64,000 bases of DNA from positions 94,676,001 through 94,740,000 of the forward strand of contig NC_086107.1 of the NCBI RefSeq assembly GCF_963921235.1, in the 5' to 3' direction. Position numbers and translations under genes: made by a program. This DNA is from Mobula hypostoma. Taxonomy: Eukaryota. The notes beneath the pieces are model-generated. The model was not told where the DNA came from, did not search any database, and saw only the letters and a program-made list of their open reading frames with translations. Of the stretch, positions 52,201-64,000 are shown piece after piece (position 1 is the stretch's first letter; the number at the start of each line of letters is the position of its first letter).

Positions 52201-52463
52201 GCAGACCTCCCAAACAGAGGCCGATCCAGACTGTGGACACTGGGGGAGGTATCGCCGGTTCTGGCGGGGGGGGGGTTATGTGGCGACCCACTTCTGGCAC
52301 ACACGAACCGGCTCACAACAGCGCGCGCAGGCAGAGGGCTGGCCCCAAAAAGGGCGCCAGGCCTTCACCAGCAGGGGGAAAATCCCGCGCGCAGAAAGGG
52401 TCTGGGAATATGCATTCCCCACAGCAATTCCGCCCAGGGAGGGCGGGAACGGGAAGGCTTTAA
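49210..52463 (+). pseudogene. pol: Gypsy pol (protease, RT, RNase H, integrase), disrupted
   Basis: VDTG protease, YLDD RT, TVDAS RNase H, HHCC plus DDE integrase, PYEGPF (GPY/F) motif. TAG at 50269-50271 and a frameshift near 50408. Confidence 0.92.
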
Positions 52464-52559
52464 AGCGGGTCGCGAAGTTTGAATAAATCTCTTTCATCGC
52501 AACTCTAACTCACTGACTCCGTGTGGTTATTCTAGCGCTGTGTGTAGCACACCGCTACA
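52279..52559 (+). repeat. 3' LTR (281 bp)
   Basis: By eye about 13 substitutions and 2 small indels versus the 5' LTR. Confidence 0.95.
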
Positions 52560-53592
52560 GTATCAATGACCGCCACAATCCAAGTATATGCTGGGGGCAA
52601 TCTATGACTGTCATAATGTTTCTGGGGCCAACTTAGCATGCCCACAACCTATGAACCCTAACCCATCCGTCTTTGGAATGTTGGAGGAAACCGGAGCACC
52701 CGGAGGAAACTCATGCAGTCACAGGAAGACGCTGACCGCATGATTTTCCCTGACATCGACAGTGGCGGGAATTGAACCCCAATCGTGCTGGCGCTGTAAG
52801 GTGTTAAGCTGACCACTATGCTACGGTGCCACCCATCTGACCAGAGAACACTACACCCCAGAAACTTGCCCTTCGCCCCATGAAGCCTGTGCCTTGGTGC
52901 CATATAATCCATATCCCTCCCTCTGTTCCTTGAACGTTCATGTGCCTGTCTAAAAGCCTCTTTCACACCTGCTTCCACCATTATCTGTGACAGTGTGGTT
53001 CAGGTACCTACTGTCGTAACAGTAAAAGAACTTACTGCGCCAATTTATTTAAATGTTTCCCCTCTCACCTCAAATATATGCCCTCCAATATTTGAGTACC
53101 TACCCTGGGTAAAAGACTACCTAGCATTATGCTGACTGCTCCTCTGGTAATGCTTTACAGCACCAGTGATCACCGACTGCGGTTGAGTTCCCATCGCTGT
53201 CTATAAGGAGTCTGCATGCTCTCCCCGTGACCATGTGGGCTTCCTCCCAGTGCCTCAGTTCCCTCCCACATTTCACAGACGTATGGGTTAGGGTGAGTAA
53301 GCTGTGAGCATGCTGTGTTGGCACCGGAAGTGTGACAAAACTTGCGGGCTGGCCCCTGCACGTCTTCAGATTGTGAGGGCCACTGGTGCAAGTGAAGCAT
53401 TTCACTGTACGTTTCGATGATTAAGTTGCAAATAAAGTTGATCTTTAAATCTTTAGACATGGCAACTCAACTCCTTTTTGCCAACTACTCATCCACTTCT
53501 TTTCTCTCCCTACACCAAACATCAGATTGATCAAGTCACCTACTTAAAATGAACATTCAATTCACATAGAGGTACGCAAGCATCTCACTTAC

Positions 53593-53650
53593 CAACAGCT
53601 GCTGTGGGATAAGCTGCATGATCAACTTCTGAGGCCACTGGTCTGTCTTC
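53593..53650 (-). CDS. MED25: MED25 ACID exon: (L)KTDQWPQKLIMQLIPQQLL
   Basis: CAG and GTAAG; 58 bp, phase 2 to 0. Conserved QWPQKLIMQLIPQQLL. Confidence 0.96.
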
Positions 53651-55077
53651 CTGCAAAACAATTATTTATTTAGAGACAGTGCAGAACAGGCCCGTCCGGG
53701 CAAACCATCCGCATCGCCTAGCAACCCACCCATTTAACCCTAGCCTAACCACTGATCAATTTACATTGACCAATTAACCTACTAACCAATACGCCTTTGG
53801 AAGGTCGGAGGAAACCGGAGCATCCGGAAGAAACTCACGTGCACAGAGGAAGAACGTATAAACTTTCTCACAGAGGACGCCAGAATTGAACTCCAAACTC
53901 TGACACTACAAGCTGCAACAGCATTGCACTAAATGCTATGTGGCCGGGGTGCCCCATTCGGAGAGAGAAAGCGAATTCTTTGGGACAGGTACACTGGCTG
54001 GACACAAATACTGCCACCAACCAAGAATCCTGAAATATCTTCCACTCAAAACAATCACAAAATGATCACGTATATAAAGAGCACGAAAAGGTTTTCCCCC
54101 ATGGTAGGAGTATCGAAAGCAAGAGGGTTTAAAGATGATTAAAAGAATACCTTTATTTGTCACATGTACATCGAAGTATCAATGCCCAAAGCAGCCGGAG
54201 GATGTGCTAAGGGCAGCCCAGAAGTGTTGCCATCCTTGCAGCGTCAATGTATTTATACCCACTCATTGTGGAATGTGGGAGGAAACCAGAGCACCCAGAC
54301 GAAAGCCACGTGATCTCAGGGAGAACGTACAAACTCCCTACAGACCACAGAGAGAAACGAACCCTGGTGATCATTGACCTACTCCTTCCCCTTATTGTAA
54401 AGAGTTTTAATTGGAATTGAAGGGGATTTTTAATACACAGTTGTTGATATCTGGAATGAGGTGGTTGAATAAGATATGATTACTACATTTAAGACAGTAG
54501 GAGTAGTATAATCGCTCGACTATGATGTTCCTTTAAGGGTTCTGTTCTCTGTTGGTGGGTCCTCAGATGGGTGTAGAGACCAATCCGGGATCCATATCTT
54601 TAATGTTCAAGACGCATTTAAGCAGGTACTTGAATAGGCAAGGTACAAAACTAGTACAGACAAATGGAATTTGTGTAGATGGGCAAAAACGTCAGCAGAA
54701 GGCTGATAGGGCTGCTTCTACTGTGATTTTCTTAAAGAACTCAAGAAATAATTTTGCAGACATCAAAAAAAAAAGGCAAACTTGTGGATAGTTTGAAAGA
54801 TCAAAGAGTTCAGCAGGATATACATCAGTTGAAGATGCGGGTAGAGAAATGGCAGGGGGAAGATTAAACTGGCCATTTGGTCCATTAAGTCTGTTCTGCC
54901 ATTCCATCATGGCTGATCTATTAACCCTCTCAACCACCTTGTCCTTATAACCTTTGATGTAGAACATATCAACCTCCGCTTTAATTATACCCAATGACTT
55001 GGCCTCCACAGACTTGTGAGGTGTTGTGCTCTGGGAGGTCGAACATGAGAAGCTCTTGCACAGAAGTGCACTTAGAC

Positions 55078-55155
55078 CAGGGGTTCCCAACCTGGGGTCT
55101 ACAGACCCATCAGTTAATGGTAGGGGTCCATGGCAGAAAAAAGGTTGGGAACTCG
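55078..55155. mobile_element. hAT/Charlie-like MITE; related copies at about 19520-19604 and 22264-22339
   Basis: CAGGGGTTCCCAACC ... GGTTGGGAAC termini; imperfect 8-bp TSD ACTTAGAC/ATTTAGAC. Confidence 0.7.
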
Positions 55156-55259
55156 ATTTAGACAGATAGATGAACAGACAGGGATGGAGGGACATGGACC
55201 ACGTGTAAGCAGATGGCATTAGTTTAAATCAGTATCATGGTTTGCCCAGACAAGAAAGC

Positions 55260-55420
55260 CAGCTGGTGGCGTAGTGGCATCAGCGCTGGACCTTGGAGCA
55301 AAGGCTCCTGAGTTTGAATCCAGCCGGCTCCCTTGCACGCTTTCCATCCGTGCTGGGTTGAGCGTCGAGCTAGCAACTCGACCTTGTAAAAATAAGAAAG
55401 CCTGCTTAAAAAAAAAATGC
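55260..55420 (+). mobile_element. Short tRNA-derived SINE with A-rich tail
   Basis: A box TGGCGTAGTGG, B-box-like GTTTGAATCC, A-rich end; no clean cloverleaf. Confidence 0.55.
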
Positions 55421-55676
55421 CATCATGGCTGTGGGGAAGTCTAGGACCAGAGGGCACAGAGATGAGGATCCCACCCTTTCGTTTCTCCGATTAATCACAT
55501 TTTACTGTACGTTTCGATGTACATATGACAAACAAAGCAAATCTTCTCAAAAAAATGTCACCGTGAAAATGAGGTGGATGGAGTAAAATGGAAAAGTTTG
55601 ATTTCCACTTGGGATCTGTCAGGCAAGTTTTCTTTATAATAACATAACACCGGTTTATTTCAATTTGCATACTTAC

Positions 55677-55762
55677 AGGTTCTCTCCTGGGTTCACGTAC
55701 ACCTGGCACGGAAGAGAACGTGTGAGCTTCGCATTTAAATCTACCGAAGCCGGTTTAGGTTT
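55677..55762 (-). CDS. MED25: MED25 ACID exon: [28 protein letters not shown](L)
   Basis: CAG and GTAAG; 86 bp, phase 0 to 2. Conserved [26 protein letters not shown]. Confidence 0.96.
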
Positions 55763-55919
55763 CTGAGAAGAAAAAGTAAAAGTCAGCTTGGGCAACCAAG
55801 AGAGGCATGAAGCCAGTCTTTTAATGAATTATGTCAATGTAACTCAAGCCACACGTGCTGGAATATTTTCAGGAATACAATAATATATATTCCAACATGA
55901 AATTGTTGTGTGGTCATAA

Positions 55920-58900
55920 AGTCACAAAACATTACAGCATAGAAACAGGGCCTTTGGCCAATTAGTCCATGCCAAACTCTTAATCTGCCTAGTCCCATTG
56001 ACCTGCACCTGGACCATACCCTCCATCCCCCTCCCATTCATGTATCTATCCAAATTTCTCTTAAATGTTGAAATTAATCCCCCATCCACCACTTTCACTG
56101 GCAGTTCATTCCACACACTCACCACTCTGAGTGAAGAGGTCCCCCTTAAACATTTAACTTTTCACCCTTAACCCATGACCTCTAGTTCTAGTCTCACCCA
56201 GCCTCAGTGGAAAAAGCCTGCTTGCATCTACCCTATCTTTACCCCTCATAATTTTGTATACCTCTATCAAATCTCTCCTCAATCTTCTATGTTCTAGAGA
56301 ATAAATTTCTAACCTATTCAACCTTTCCCTATAACTCAAGATCTTAAGTTCTGGCAATATCTTTGTAAATTTTCTCTGCACTCTTCAATTTTATTGATAT
56401 CTTTCCTGTGGGTAAGTGACCGGAACTGCACACAACACTCCAAATTATGCTTGACCAATGTCAAACACATCTTAACACCCCATCTCCTAACCCCAATACT
56501 TTGATTTATTAAGGCCAATGTGCCAAAACCTCTTTACAATGCTATCTACCTCTGACGCTACTTTCAAGGAATTATGAATTTACATTGCCAGATCCCTCTA
56601 TTCTACCGCATTCCACAGTGCCTTACTACTCACTGTGCAAGTCCTATCTTGGTTTATCTTCCCAAAGTGCAACACCTCACAGTTGCCTGCATTATATTCC
56701 ATCAGCCATTTTTCAGTCCATTTTGCAGATGATCCAGATCCCTCTACAAGCTTTGATAAGACTTCTTCACTGTCTACTATGCCTCCAACCTTAGACCATA
56801 AGAGATAGGAGCAGAATTAGGCTATTCAGCCCATTGAGTCTGCTCTGTCATTCATCATGGTTGATTTATTATCCCCGTCAACCAAATTCTCCTGCCTTCT
56901 ACCTCTGACCCCTTGACTAATCAACTGCTTCTCAGCCTCTGCAATTTGCTGATCCAATTGACGACAGTGTCATCCAGATGGTTGATATAAGTGACAAACA
57001 ACAATGGATCTAGCACTGATCCCTGCAGCACACCAACAGTCACATACATCCAGTCAGAGGGGCAACCATTACTACCACTCTCCGGCTTTTCCTGCAAAGC
57101 CAGTGTCTAATCCAATTTACTACCTCATACTGAATGCCAAACGAGCGAACCTTTTTGACCAATTTCCTATGTGGGACCTCGTCAAAGGACTTACTAAAGT
57201 TCACGTCGACACACCCACTGCCTTGTTTTCCTCAACTTTCTTGGTAACTTCCTCAAAAAACTCTAAAATTTGTTAGACACGACAAAGCCATGTTGACTAT
57301 CCCAGATCAGTCCCTGTCTATCTAAATACTTATGTATCCAATCCCTTAGAATACTTCACAATAATTTTTCCACTATTGATGTCATACTCACCGGCCTATA
57401 ATTTCCCACCTTATTCTTACAGCCTTTCCTAAACAACGGAATAACATTAGTTATCCTCGAATACTCCAGCATCTCACCTGTTGCTAAGGACATTTTAAAT
57501 ATCTCTGCTAGGGACCTTGTAATTTCTGCATTTGCCTCCCATAAGGTCTGAGGAAACACCATGCCAGGCCCTGAGGATTTAGCCACCATAAAATTCGCCT
57601 CAGAACAGCAAACATCTCTTCCTCTGTAATCTGAATAGAGTCCATGCCCTCGCTGCTGCTTTGCCTCACTTCAATAGACTGTGCCCATCTCCCAAGTAAA
57701 CAGAGATGTAAAATATCCATTTAAGATCTCCCCATCTCTTTCTGCTTCAAGCTAAATGATCAGTCTGATCTTCAAGGGGACCAATTTTGTCCCTTGCTTT
57801 CCTTTTGCTCTTAATATATTTGTAGAAACTCTTGAGATTCTCCTTTACTTGGTCTGCTAGAGCAACCTCATGCCTTCTTTTAGCTTTCCTGATTTCCTTC
57901 TTACTGTTTCTTGCATTTCTTATACTCAAGTACCTCATTTGTTCCTTCCTGCTTGTATTACTATGCACTTCCTTCTTCTTAACCAGGCCTCAATATCTCT
58001 TGGAAACTAAGGTTCCTTAAACCTGTTATCCTTGCCTTTTATTCTGACAGGAACAGAAACTCTGAACTCTCAAAACTTCACCTTTGAAGGCCTCCAACTT
58101 ACCAAGCACACCTTTGCTAGAAAACAACCTGTCCTAATCCACACTTGCCAGACCCTTTCTGATGTCATTAAAACTCCAATTTAGAACCCCAACCCAAAGA
58201 CCAGAATTATCCATCTCCATAATTATCTGGAAACTAATAGCACTATGATCACCACATGCAAAGTGTTCCCCTATACAAACTTCTGTCACCTCCCCTGTCT
58301 TATTCCCTAATAGTATCACATTCTCTTTAGTTGGGACCTCTATATATTGATTAAGGAAACTTTCCTGAACACGTTTAACAAACTCTACCCTATCGAGCTC
58401 TCTTGCAGTATGGGAGTCTCAGTCAATATGTGGAAAGTTAAAATCATCTACTATTATAATCTTATGTTTCTTTCAATAGTGCACAATCTCTACGAATTTA
58501 CTCCTCTAAATCCTGCTGACTACTAGGTTGTCTATAATATAATCCCACTAATATGGGTAGCCCCTTTCTTATTCCTCAGTTCCACCCATATAGCCTCAGT
58601 AAACAAGGTCTCCAGTCTGTCCTGACTGAGCACTGCTGTGATATTTTCCCTGTCTAGCAACACCAGCCCTTCTCCTTTAATCCCTCCTGCTCTATAATAT
58701 CTAAAACAATGGAGCTCTGAACACTGAGCTGCCAATCCTGCCCCTCCTGCAACCTAGTCTCACTAATAGTAACAAAATCATAATTCCATGTGCTGATCCA
58801 TGCTCTAAGCTCATCCGCTTTTTCTACGAAAATCCTTGCATTGAAATTCATTAGTCTCACCATGCTCAACCATTTAATTCTTGACTTTTGCATGTAGACT

Positions 58901-59880
58901 TAACAACATCTTTCCGCACAACCGCTCTATTTGTTTTGTCACTCTGGTTCCCATTCCCCTGCAGTTCTAGTTTAAACACCCTGCCCAGCACCAGCAAAAC
59001 TTTCTGCAAGGATATATAGACCCCACCAGTGCAAGCTGTCCCATCTGTACAGGTCCCCCCTTCCCTGGAAGAGAGCCCAATGATCCAAAAATCTGAAGCC
59101 TTTCCTCCTGCACCACTTCCTAAGTCACACGTTAAACTGTATTATCTTCCCTGTTTCTGGTGTCACTATTACATGGCACAGGTAGCAACCCTGGAGAGTC
59201 TTGCCCTTTAACTTAGCACCTACCTTCCTGAACACACTTTGCAGGACCTCATCACCCTTCCTACCCATGTCATAGGAACTGATGTGGACCACAACATCTG
59301 GCTGCTTACACTTCACTTAAGCTGTGAACTCGATCCAAGATATCCTTGACTCTGGCACCTGGGAGGCATCATACCATCCGGGAATCTCATTTGCTTCTTC
59401 TCTCCTCTTTCCTTTTGAACCACAGTGCCAGAGACCTGACCACCGTGACCTTCCTCTGCTAAGTCACCCCACCCCCCAACAGAATCCAAAGCAGTATACC
59501 TGTAATTGAGGGGAATAGCCACAGGGGTACTCTGCACTGGGTGCCTATCCCCTTTCCCCCTCCTGATGGTTACTCAGTTACCTGTGTCCTGCCCCTTGGG
59601 TGTAACCATCTCCCTGAACGTCCCATCGATCAACTCCTCGGCCTCTCGAACGATCCGGAGTTCATCCAGTTCCAACTCCAGTTTCTTAACATAGCCTGAA
59701 TGGAGCTACAGCTGGATCCAACTACTTACAGGTGCAGTTGTCAGGGACACTGGAGGTCTCCCTGCCTTCCCACATTCTACAAGAGGAGCATTCCACTATC
59801 CTGTCTGGCATCCCCACTACTCTAACTCTCTAACTGTGCAACGAGAAAAATTAAACAAAAAAAAAATCCACCTGCACCCT
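55920..59880 (-). mobile_element. Long decayed CR1-type LINE (esterase-like ORF1, endonuclease, RT remnants, 3' end)
   Basis: ORF1 'PVAIPLNYRYTALD' and 'QPDVVVHI'; endonuclease 'NARI...KADELRAW...ISETRL' and 'GDHSAI'; RT 'NYRPVSMTSIVEKLL'; C-terminus 'LEHRRLRRDLIEVYKI'. Confidence 0.85.
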
Positions 59881-60579
59881 TCGCCTATCTTGCCAAAGCC
59901 TCAAATCCCCCACTCCAGCACTGGCCCACTCACAAAGTGGCCACTCCGCTTAAACCCAATTTCTTTTTATTGGCCTTTGTCAAGGGCCTAATTACAAATG
60001 TATATACACTCCAATGTCTCCTCAGAAACTTGGCACACATATAGCAAGAAAATTCTATGTTTTTCTTTGGAAATCTTTTGATGGGGCATTTTATGAGAAA
60101 GAGCAAAAGTTTCACGAATTTGGATTACCACATGCTAGCACAATACCACGATCGAACATTGAAAGGTCTAGATAGACATGGATGGTTTCTGGGGATGTCT
60201 AGGACAAGAGGGCACAGCCCCAAAACAGAAAAACATTCATTTAAAACAGACATGAGAGAAATTTCTTTAGCCAAGGGTCGTGAGTCTGTGGAATTTATTG
60301 CCATAGATGGCTGCGGAGGCCAAGTCTTTGGGTATCTTTAAAGTGGAGGTTGATAGTTTCTTGACTGCTAAGGGCGCAAAGGTTACGGGGAAAAGGCAGG
60401 AGAATGGGGTTGAGAGGGATAATAAATCAGCTATGTTGCAATGGTGGAGCAGACTCAATGGGGTGAATGGCCTAATTCTGCTCTGGCTTATGCCATATTT
60501 TGAAGTATATCTCAGATCATACAGACTTTCTCTTTTAAATTAGTTCTATAAGCAAAATACCAGATGGGCTCTGTCTTAC

Positions 60580-60693
60580 CTCCTGCCACTCCAAGACCCC
60601 GCTCCACGCTAGGATTTTATTGGCAACTGAACCGGGTGTGGGGGCTACAGTTACTCCACACACATTTCCAGCGCTTGTTCCAACACCTACAGT
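60580..60693 (-). CDS. MED25: MED25 exon, start of ACID: TVGVGTSAGNVCGVTVAPTPGSVANKILAWSGVLEWQE
   Basis: CAG acceptor (ctg 60694-60696), GTAAG donor; 114 bp. Conserved NK.LAWSGVLEWQE. Upstream exons (VWA domain) lie beyond the window. Confidence 0.94.
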
Positions 60694-61498
60694 CTGTTTC
60701 CAAAACAAGAAAACATCTTAATTATTTAATTATAGGTGCAAAATTCCTCCTACTTTGTTTCCTTCATGTCTTAAAAGCATCAATTCAAAAAATCAGGCAC
60801 AGTCACAGTCTTGACCGGGCTCAGTCAGACGCACAGAAGTAATTGCTGGCAAGACGGAAATGAGGAAGAACTCCCTGCCCAACTTTTCTTACATTGCTGC
60901 TTAAAACCTTTCCAGTCAAGCTCTCGGGTCAGCTGTCTTAACATCCCCTTAAGTAGTTCTCATATGACATGGGAGGGCATTCAGGAACCTTCGAATCCAT
61001 TAATGCTGATAAATCTCAGACCAGAGGGCACAGTCTCAGAATAGAAGGATGTCCCTTTAGAATAGAGATGAGGAGGAATTTCTTTAGCCAGAGGGTGGTA
61101 TATCTATGGAATTTATTCCCACAGATGGCTGTAGAGGCCAAGCCACTGGGTGTATTTGCAGTGGAGGTTGATAGGTTCTTGATTATTAAGGGCATCAAAG
61201 GTTACAGGGAGAAGGCAGGAGAATGGAGTTGAGCGGAATTATAAATCAGCCATGATGAAATGGCAGAACAGACTCAATGCGCCACACGGCCTAATTCTGC
61301 TCCTATGTCTTATGGTCTTAGTAATCCCATCAATTCCATTCCCCATCAACTTCACCCAAAATCACCAACCACCCACCAGTATTTGCAGTCAGTACCTTTG
61401 TAGTTCATTAACCTATTAACCAATTTTTTTTAAAACCAGGAGAACTTGATGCTCATGTCCCCAGGTTGGAGGCTACACAGATGGAATAAAAGGTGTCA

Positions 61499-61980
61499 AA
61501 TAGAGAATTAACGCAAGTAAAGGGAAAGATTTGGGAAAGGGATAAAAGATGAAAAAAATAAGTAAATAAGTACATAAGGATTGGATAATTATGTCTGCGG
61601 GCAGGAGCAAGCATGAACAAATTAGGATATAAACACCTACAATGGTTGTTACATAGGCTTACATACAACATTTTGGACCAGTGGAAATGGTCCAGAAGAG
61701 TTATATGGAAACTATTATTACTATTTTTCTTAACAACTAATACCATTACTTAGCCTAATAGATTAGAATTACCACAGTACATAATTATCTATTTAAGTGT
61801 CTAATTTCCTTTTATATCATCTCAATGTGTACTTAAGAATGTATAAATAATTATAGTTTTATACATATAAAAAAATGGAAAAGGTTATATGTGTGAAAAA
61901 AGTACATGATATTTGTGAATTCCTTATCCAAATAAAAATAAAATTAAAAAAAAATAAATAAATTACAAAAGAAAAAAAAA
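61499..61980 (+). mobile_element. Short AT-rich poly(A)-tailed retro-insertion (L1-like 3' fragment) inside a Penelope-like remnant
   Basis: 16-bp TSD GGAATAAAAGGTGTCA (61483-61498, 61981-61996); A-rich tail at about 61930-61980. Confidence 0.8.
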
Positions 61981-62430
61981 GGAATAAAAGGTGTCACTCC
62001 TCCACCCTGAGAGTGCCCTCCTCATGGCACAAGACAACACCATGGACCGCATGCCAGAATGAGAATTGGTATTAAAATGTTTGGCCACCAGGAAATTCCA
62101 CTTTTGGCAGATGCAGCAAAGGTGCTCGACGAAACGGTTGGCCAAATTACGACAGGTCTCATCAATGTAGAGGAGGCCGCATTGGGAGCGCCAGACACAA
62201 CAGGTGCCCCAGCAGATTTGCAGGTGAAGTGCTGCCTCACCTGGAAGGACTGCTTGGGACCCTGAATGGAGGTGAGGAAGGAGGTGAATGGGCAGATGCA
62301 GCACTTTGGCTACTTGCAGGGATAGGCGTTGATAAGGATGAACAGACGCGGGAATCACAGAGGGAGCGATCCGTGCAGAAAGCAGAGAGGAGGAAGGAGG
62401 CAAAGATATGTTTGATAGTAGGAGATAACA
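61981..62430 (-). mobile_element. Penelope-like GIY-YIG endonuclease remnant
   Basis: 'RQHFTCKSAG' and 'CSQCGLLYIDET.R.LANRFVEH...VAKHFN' fragments across frames. Confidence 0.7.
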
Positions 62431-62699
62431 AGAGGAACTTTATCACTGTTGAGGTGGGAGGAAGATGGGGTGAGTGCAGGGACTCACTGCTTTATTCTCT
62501 TTTTGCACTACTGCTGTATTGTTTTATATTTGTTTATTATGTTATTTTTTTCATGCATTGCACTTTACTGCCAGAAAACAAAATACTTCACAATTGTCAG
62601 TGATAATAAAGCTGATTCTGATCAACATTTTAGTAATTTACACAGGCAAGACGGATTCCACCATGAAATTTGCTGGGGTAAATGCAAGCTCTGAGTATT

Positions 62700-62701
<2 letters not shown>

Positions 62702-62734
<33 letters not shown>

Positions 62735-62767
62735 GAGTATGGTCTACAAACTCAATAATAATAATAA
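62702..62767. repeat. (TAT)n followed by a short (AAT)n microsatellite
   Basis: Seen directly. Confidence 0.85.
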
Positions 62768-63161
62768 AAGTACAATGTTTCCAAAAAGACCATAAAAGCC
62801 ATCAAGTAGAAAGAATCGCCAGAACCTTGCTTGGCTGGCAGTGAGGATCCTTCCCCATCAAATCCCTTCTGAAATGTCACTCCCAACCCTGTGCAAATGC
62901 AATGATCATTCACTTCTTTGTGAACTGTGTTTTTGCCATGGTCTGCAAAAAAGATGGCAGCTGCATAAAGGACTCTGAGATCTAAAGGCTGTTCCCAGGG
63001 AGACAAGTACCGATCTGGTGAACAGAACACTTTGTTCTGCCCGAAACTTTGACCATTTCTATAGATGTGTGGTGGTGAGCATACTGACAGGCTGCATCAC
63101 AGACTGGTATAGAAACCAGACATCCCACCTCTCCCAGAAGTTCCGGGAGTCTCCCGCATTT

Positions 63162-64000
63162 GAGGTAGAACGCTCTGTTCTCAGTAAGGGCCTCACCTTT
63201 GTCCCCGTTCGCCCACACCTCAGCAAGTTCCGTGTTCGCCATGATGCGGAACTTTTCTTCCGCCGTCTCCGTCTCCGAGCCTACTTCTTCGGCAAGGACT
63301 CTTCCACCCCCACCGATGACCCCCTCTCCCGTCTTCAACCCTCCTCTTCTTCATGGACACCCCGCTCTGGTCTTCTGCCTGCTCTGGATCTCTTTATCGC
63401 TAACTGCCGACGGGACATCAACCGTCTCGACTTCACCGCACCTTGTTCCCATTCCAACCTCACTCCTTCGGAACGCTCTGCTCTCCACTCCCTCTGCACT
63501 AATCCTAACCTTATTATTAAACCCGCCGATAAGGGGGGTGCTGTTGTAGTCTGGCGTACTGACCTCTACCTTGCCGAGGCACAGCGACAACTCGCGGATA
63601 CCTCCTCTTATTTACCCCTCGATCGTGACCCTACTAAGGAGCACCAGGCCATTGTCTCCCACACCATCACCGACTTTATCCGCTCAGGGGATCTCCCATC
63701 CACTGCTACCAACCTTATAGTTCTCACACCCCGCACTTCCCATTTCTACCTCCTACCCAAGATCCACAAACCTGCCTGTCCTGGCCGACCTATTGTCTCA
63801 GCTTGCTCCTGCCCCACCGAACTCGTTTCTGCATACCTCGACACAGTTTTATCACCTCTTGTTCAATCCCTTCCGACCTATGTTCATGACACTTCTCACG
63901 CTTTTAAACTTTTCGATGATTTTAAGTTCCCTGGCCCCCACCGCTTTACTTTCACCAAGGATGTCCAGTCCTTATATACTTCCATCCCCCATCAGGAAGG
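63162..64000 (+). mobile_element. Penelope-like element reverse transcriptase, uninterrupted frame running off the window
   Basis: Hand translation from 63162 gives about 279 codons with no stop: VLSKGLTFVP...FFRRLRLRAYFF...SNLTPSE...IIKPADKGGAVVVW...FYLLPKIHK...PGRPIVS...DVQSLYTSIPHQEG. Confidence 0.9.

Larger units (their letters stand above)
48208..52559 (+). mobile_element. Full-length Ty3/Gypsy LTR retrotransposon (4.35 kb) in a MED25 intron, antisense to the gene
   Basis: TG...CA LTRs at 48208-48492 and 52279-52559; 4-bp TSD GTAT (48204-48207, 52560-52563); PBS; G10 polypurine tract at 52266-52275; gag then PR-RT-RH-IN order. Confidence 0.97.

Noticed and set aside
49578..52316. Antisense and alternate-frame ORFs over the Gypsy element
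   Set aside because: Shadow ORFs expected in GC-rich coding sequence; no recognisable motifs.
52153..52482. env-like third ORF or chromodomain in the Gypsy element
   Set aside because: No room or hydrophobic segment before the polypurine tract; these frames simply read LTR sequence.
62790..62942. Possible further MED25 exon after a minus-strand TTTTTTGCAG acceptor
   Set aside because: The peptide (DHGKNTVHKEV...) does not resemble MED25 and no convincing donor was seen.

Overview
Eukaryotic, repeat-rich vertebrate DNA. The repeat content (V-domain/HE1-like SINEs, CR1/L2, Rex1/Babar, Penelope-like elements) suggests a cartilaginous fish, probably a ray; this is an inference. Two convergent spliced genes were reconstructed by hand with phase-consistent GT-AG junctions. 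On + is the 3' half of a PACSIN/syndapin-family gene (5 exons, 4198-16991, end of F-BAR through SH3). On - is the 3' half of MED25 (10 exons, 60693 to 23756; ACID/PTOV domain, LxxLL box, C-terminal ILMDLI). The introns hold: a full-length but decayed Ty3/Gypsy element with a tRNA-Trp PBS and a -1 frameshift signal; an L1-clade LINE lacking its RT domain, inside a five-layer nested insertion; a Tc1 deletion derivative; hAT MITEs; and a stop-free Penelope-like RT reading frame that runs off the right edge and is missed by the ORF track. The most striking non-coding signal is about a dozen short Penelope-derived units, each with a minimal type-I hammerhead ribozyme motif (cagtc-CTGANGA-stem II-GAAA-c-GTC-gactg). 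Some have their own target-site duplications and several form inverted hairpin pairs. Most short ORFs in the supplied track are repeat-derived noise.
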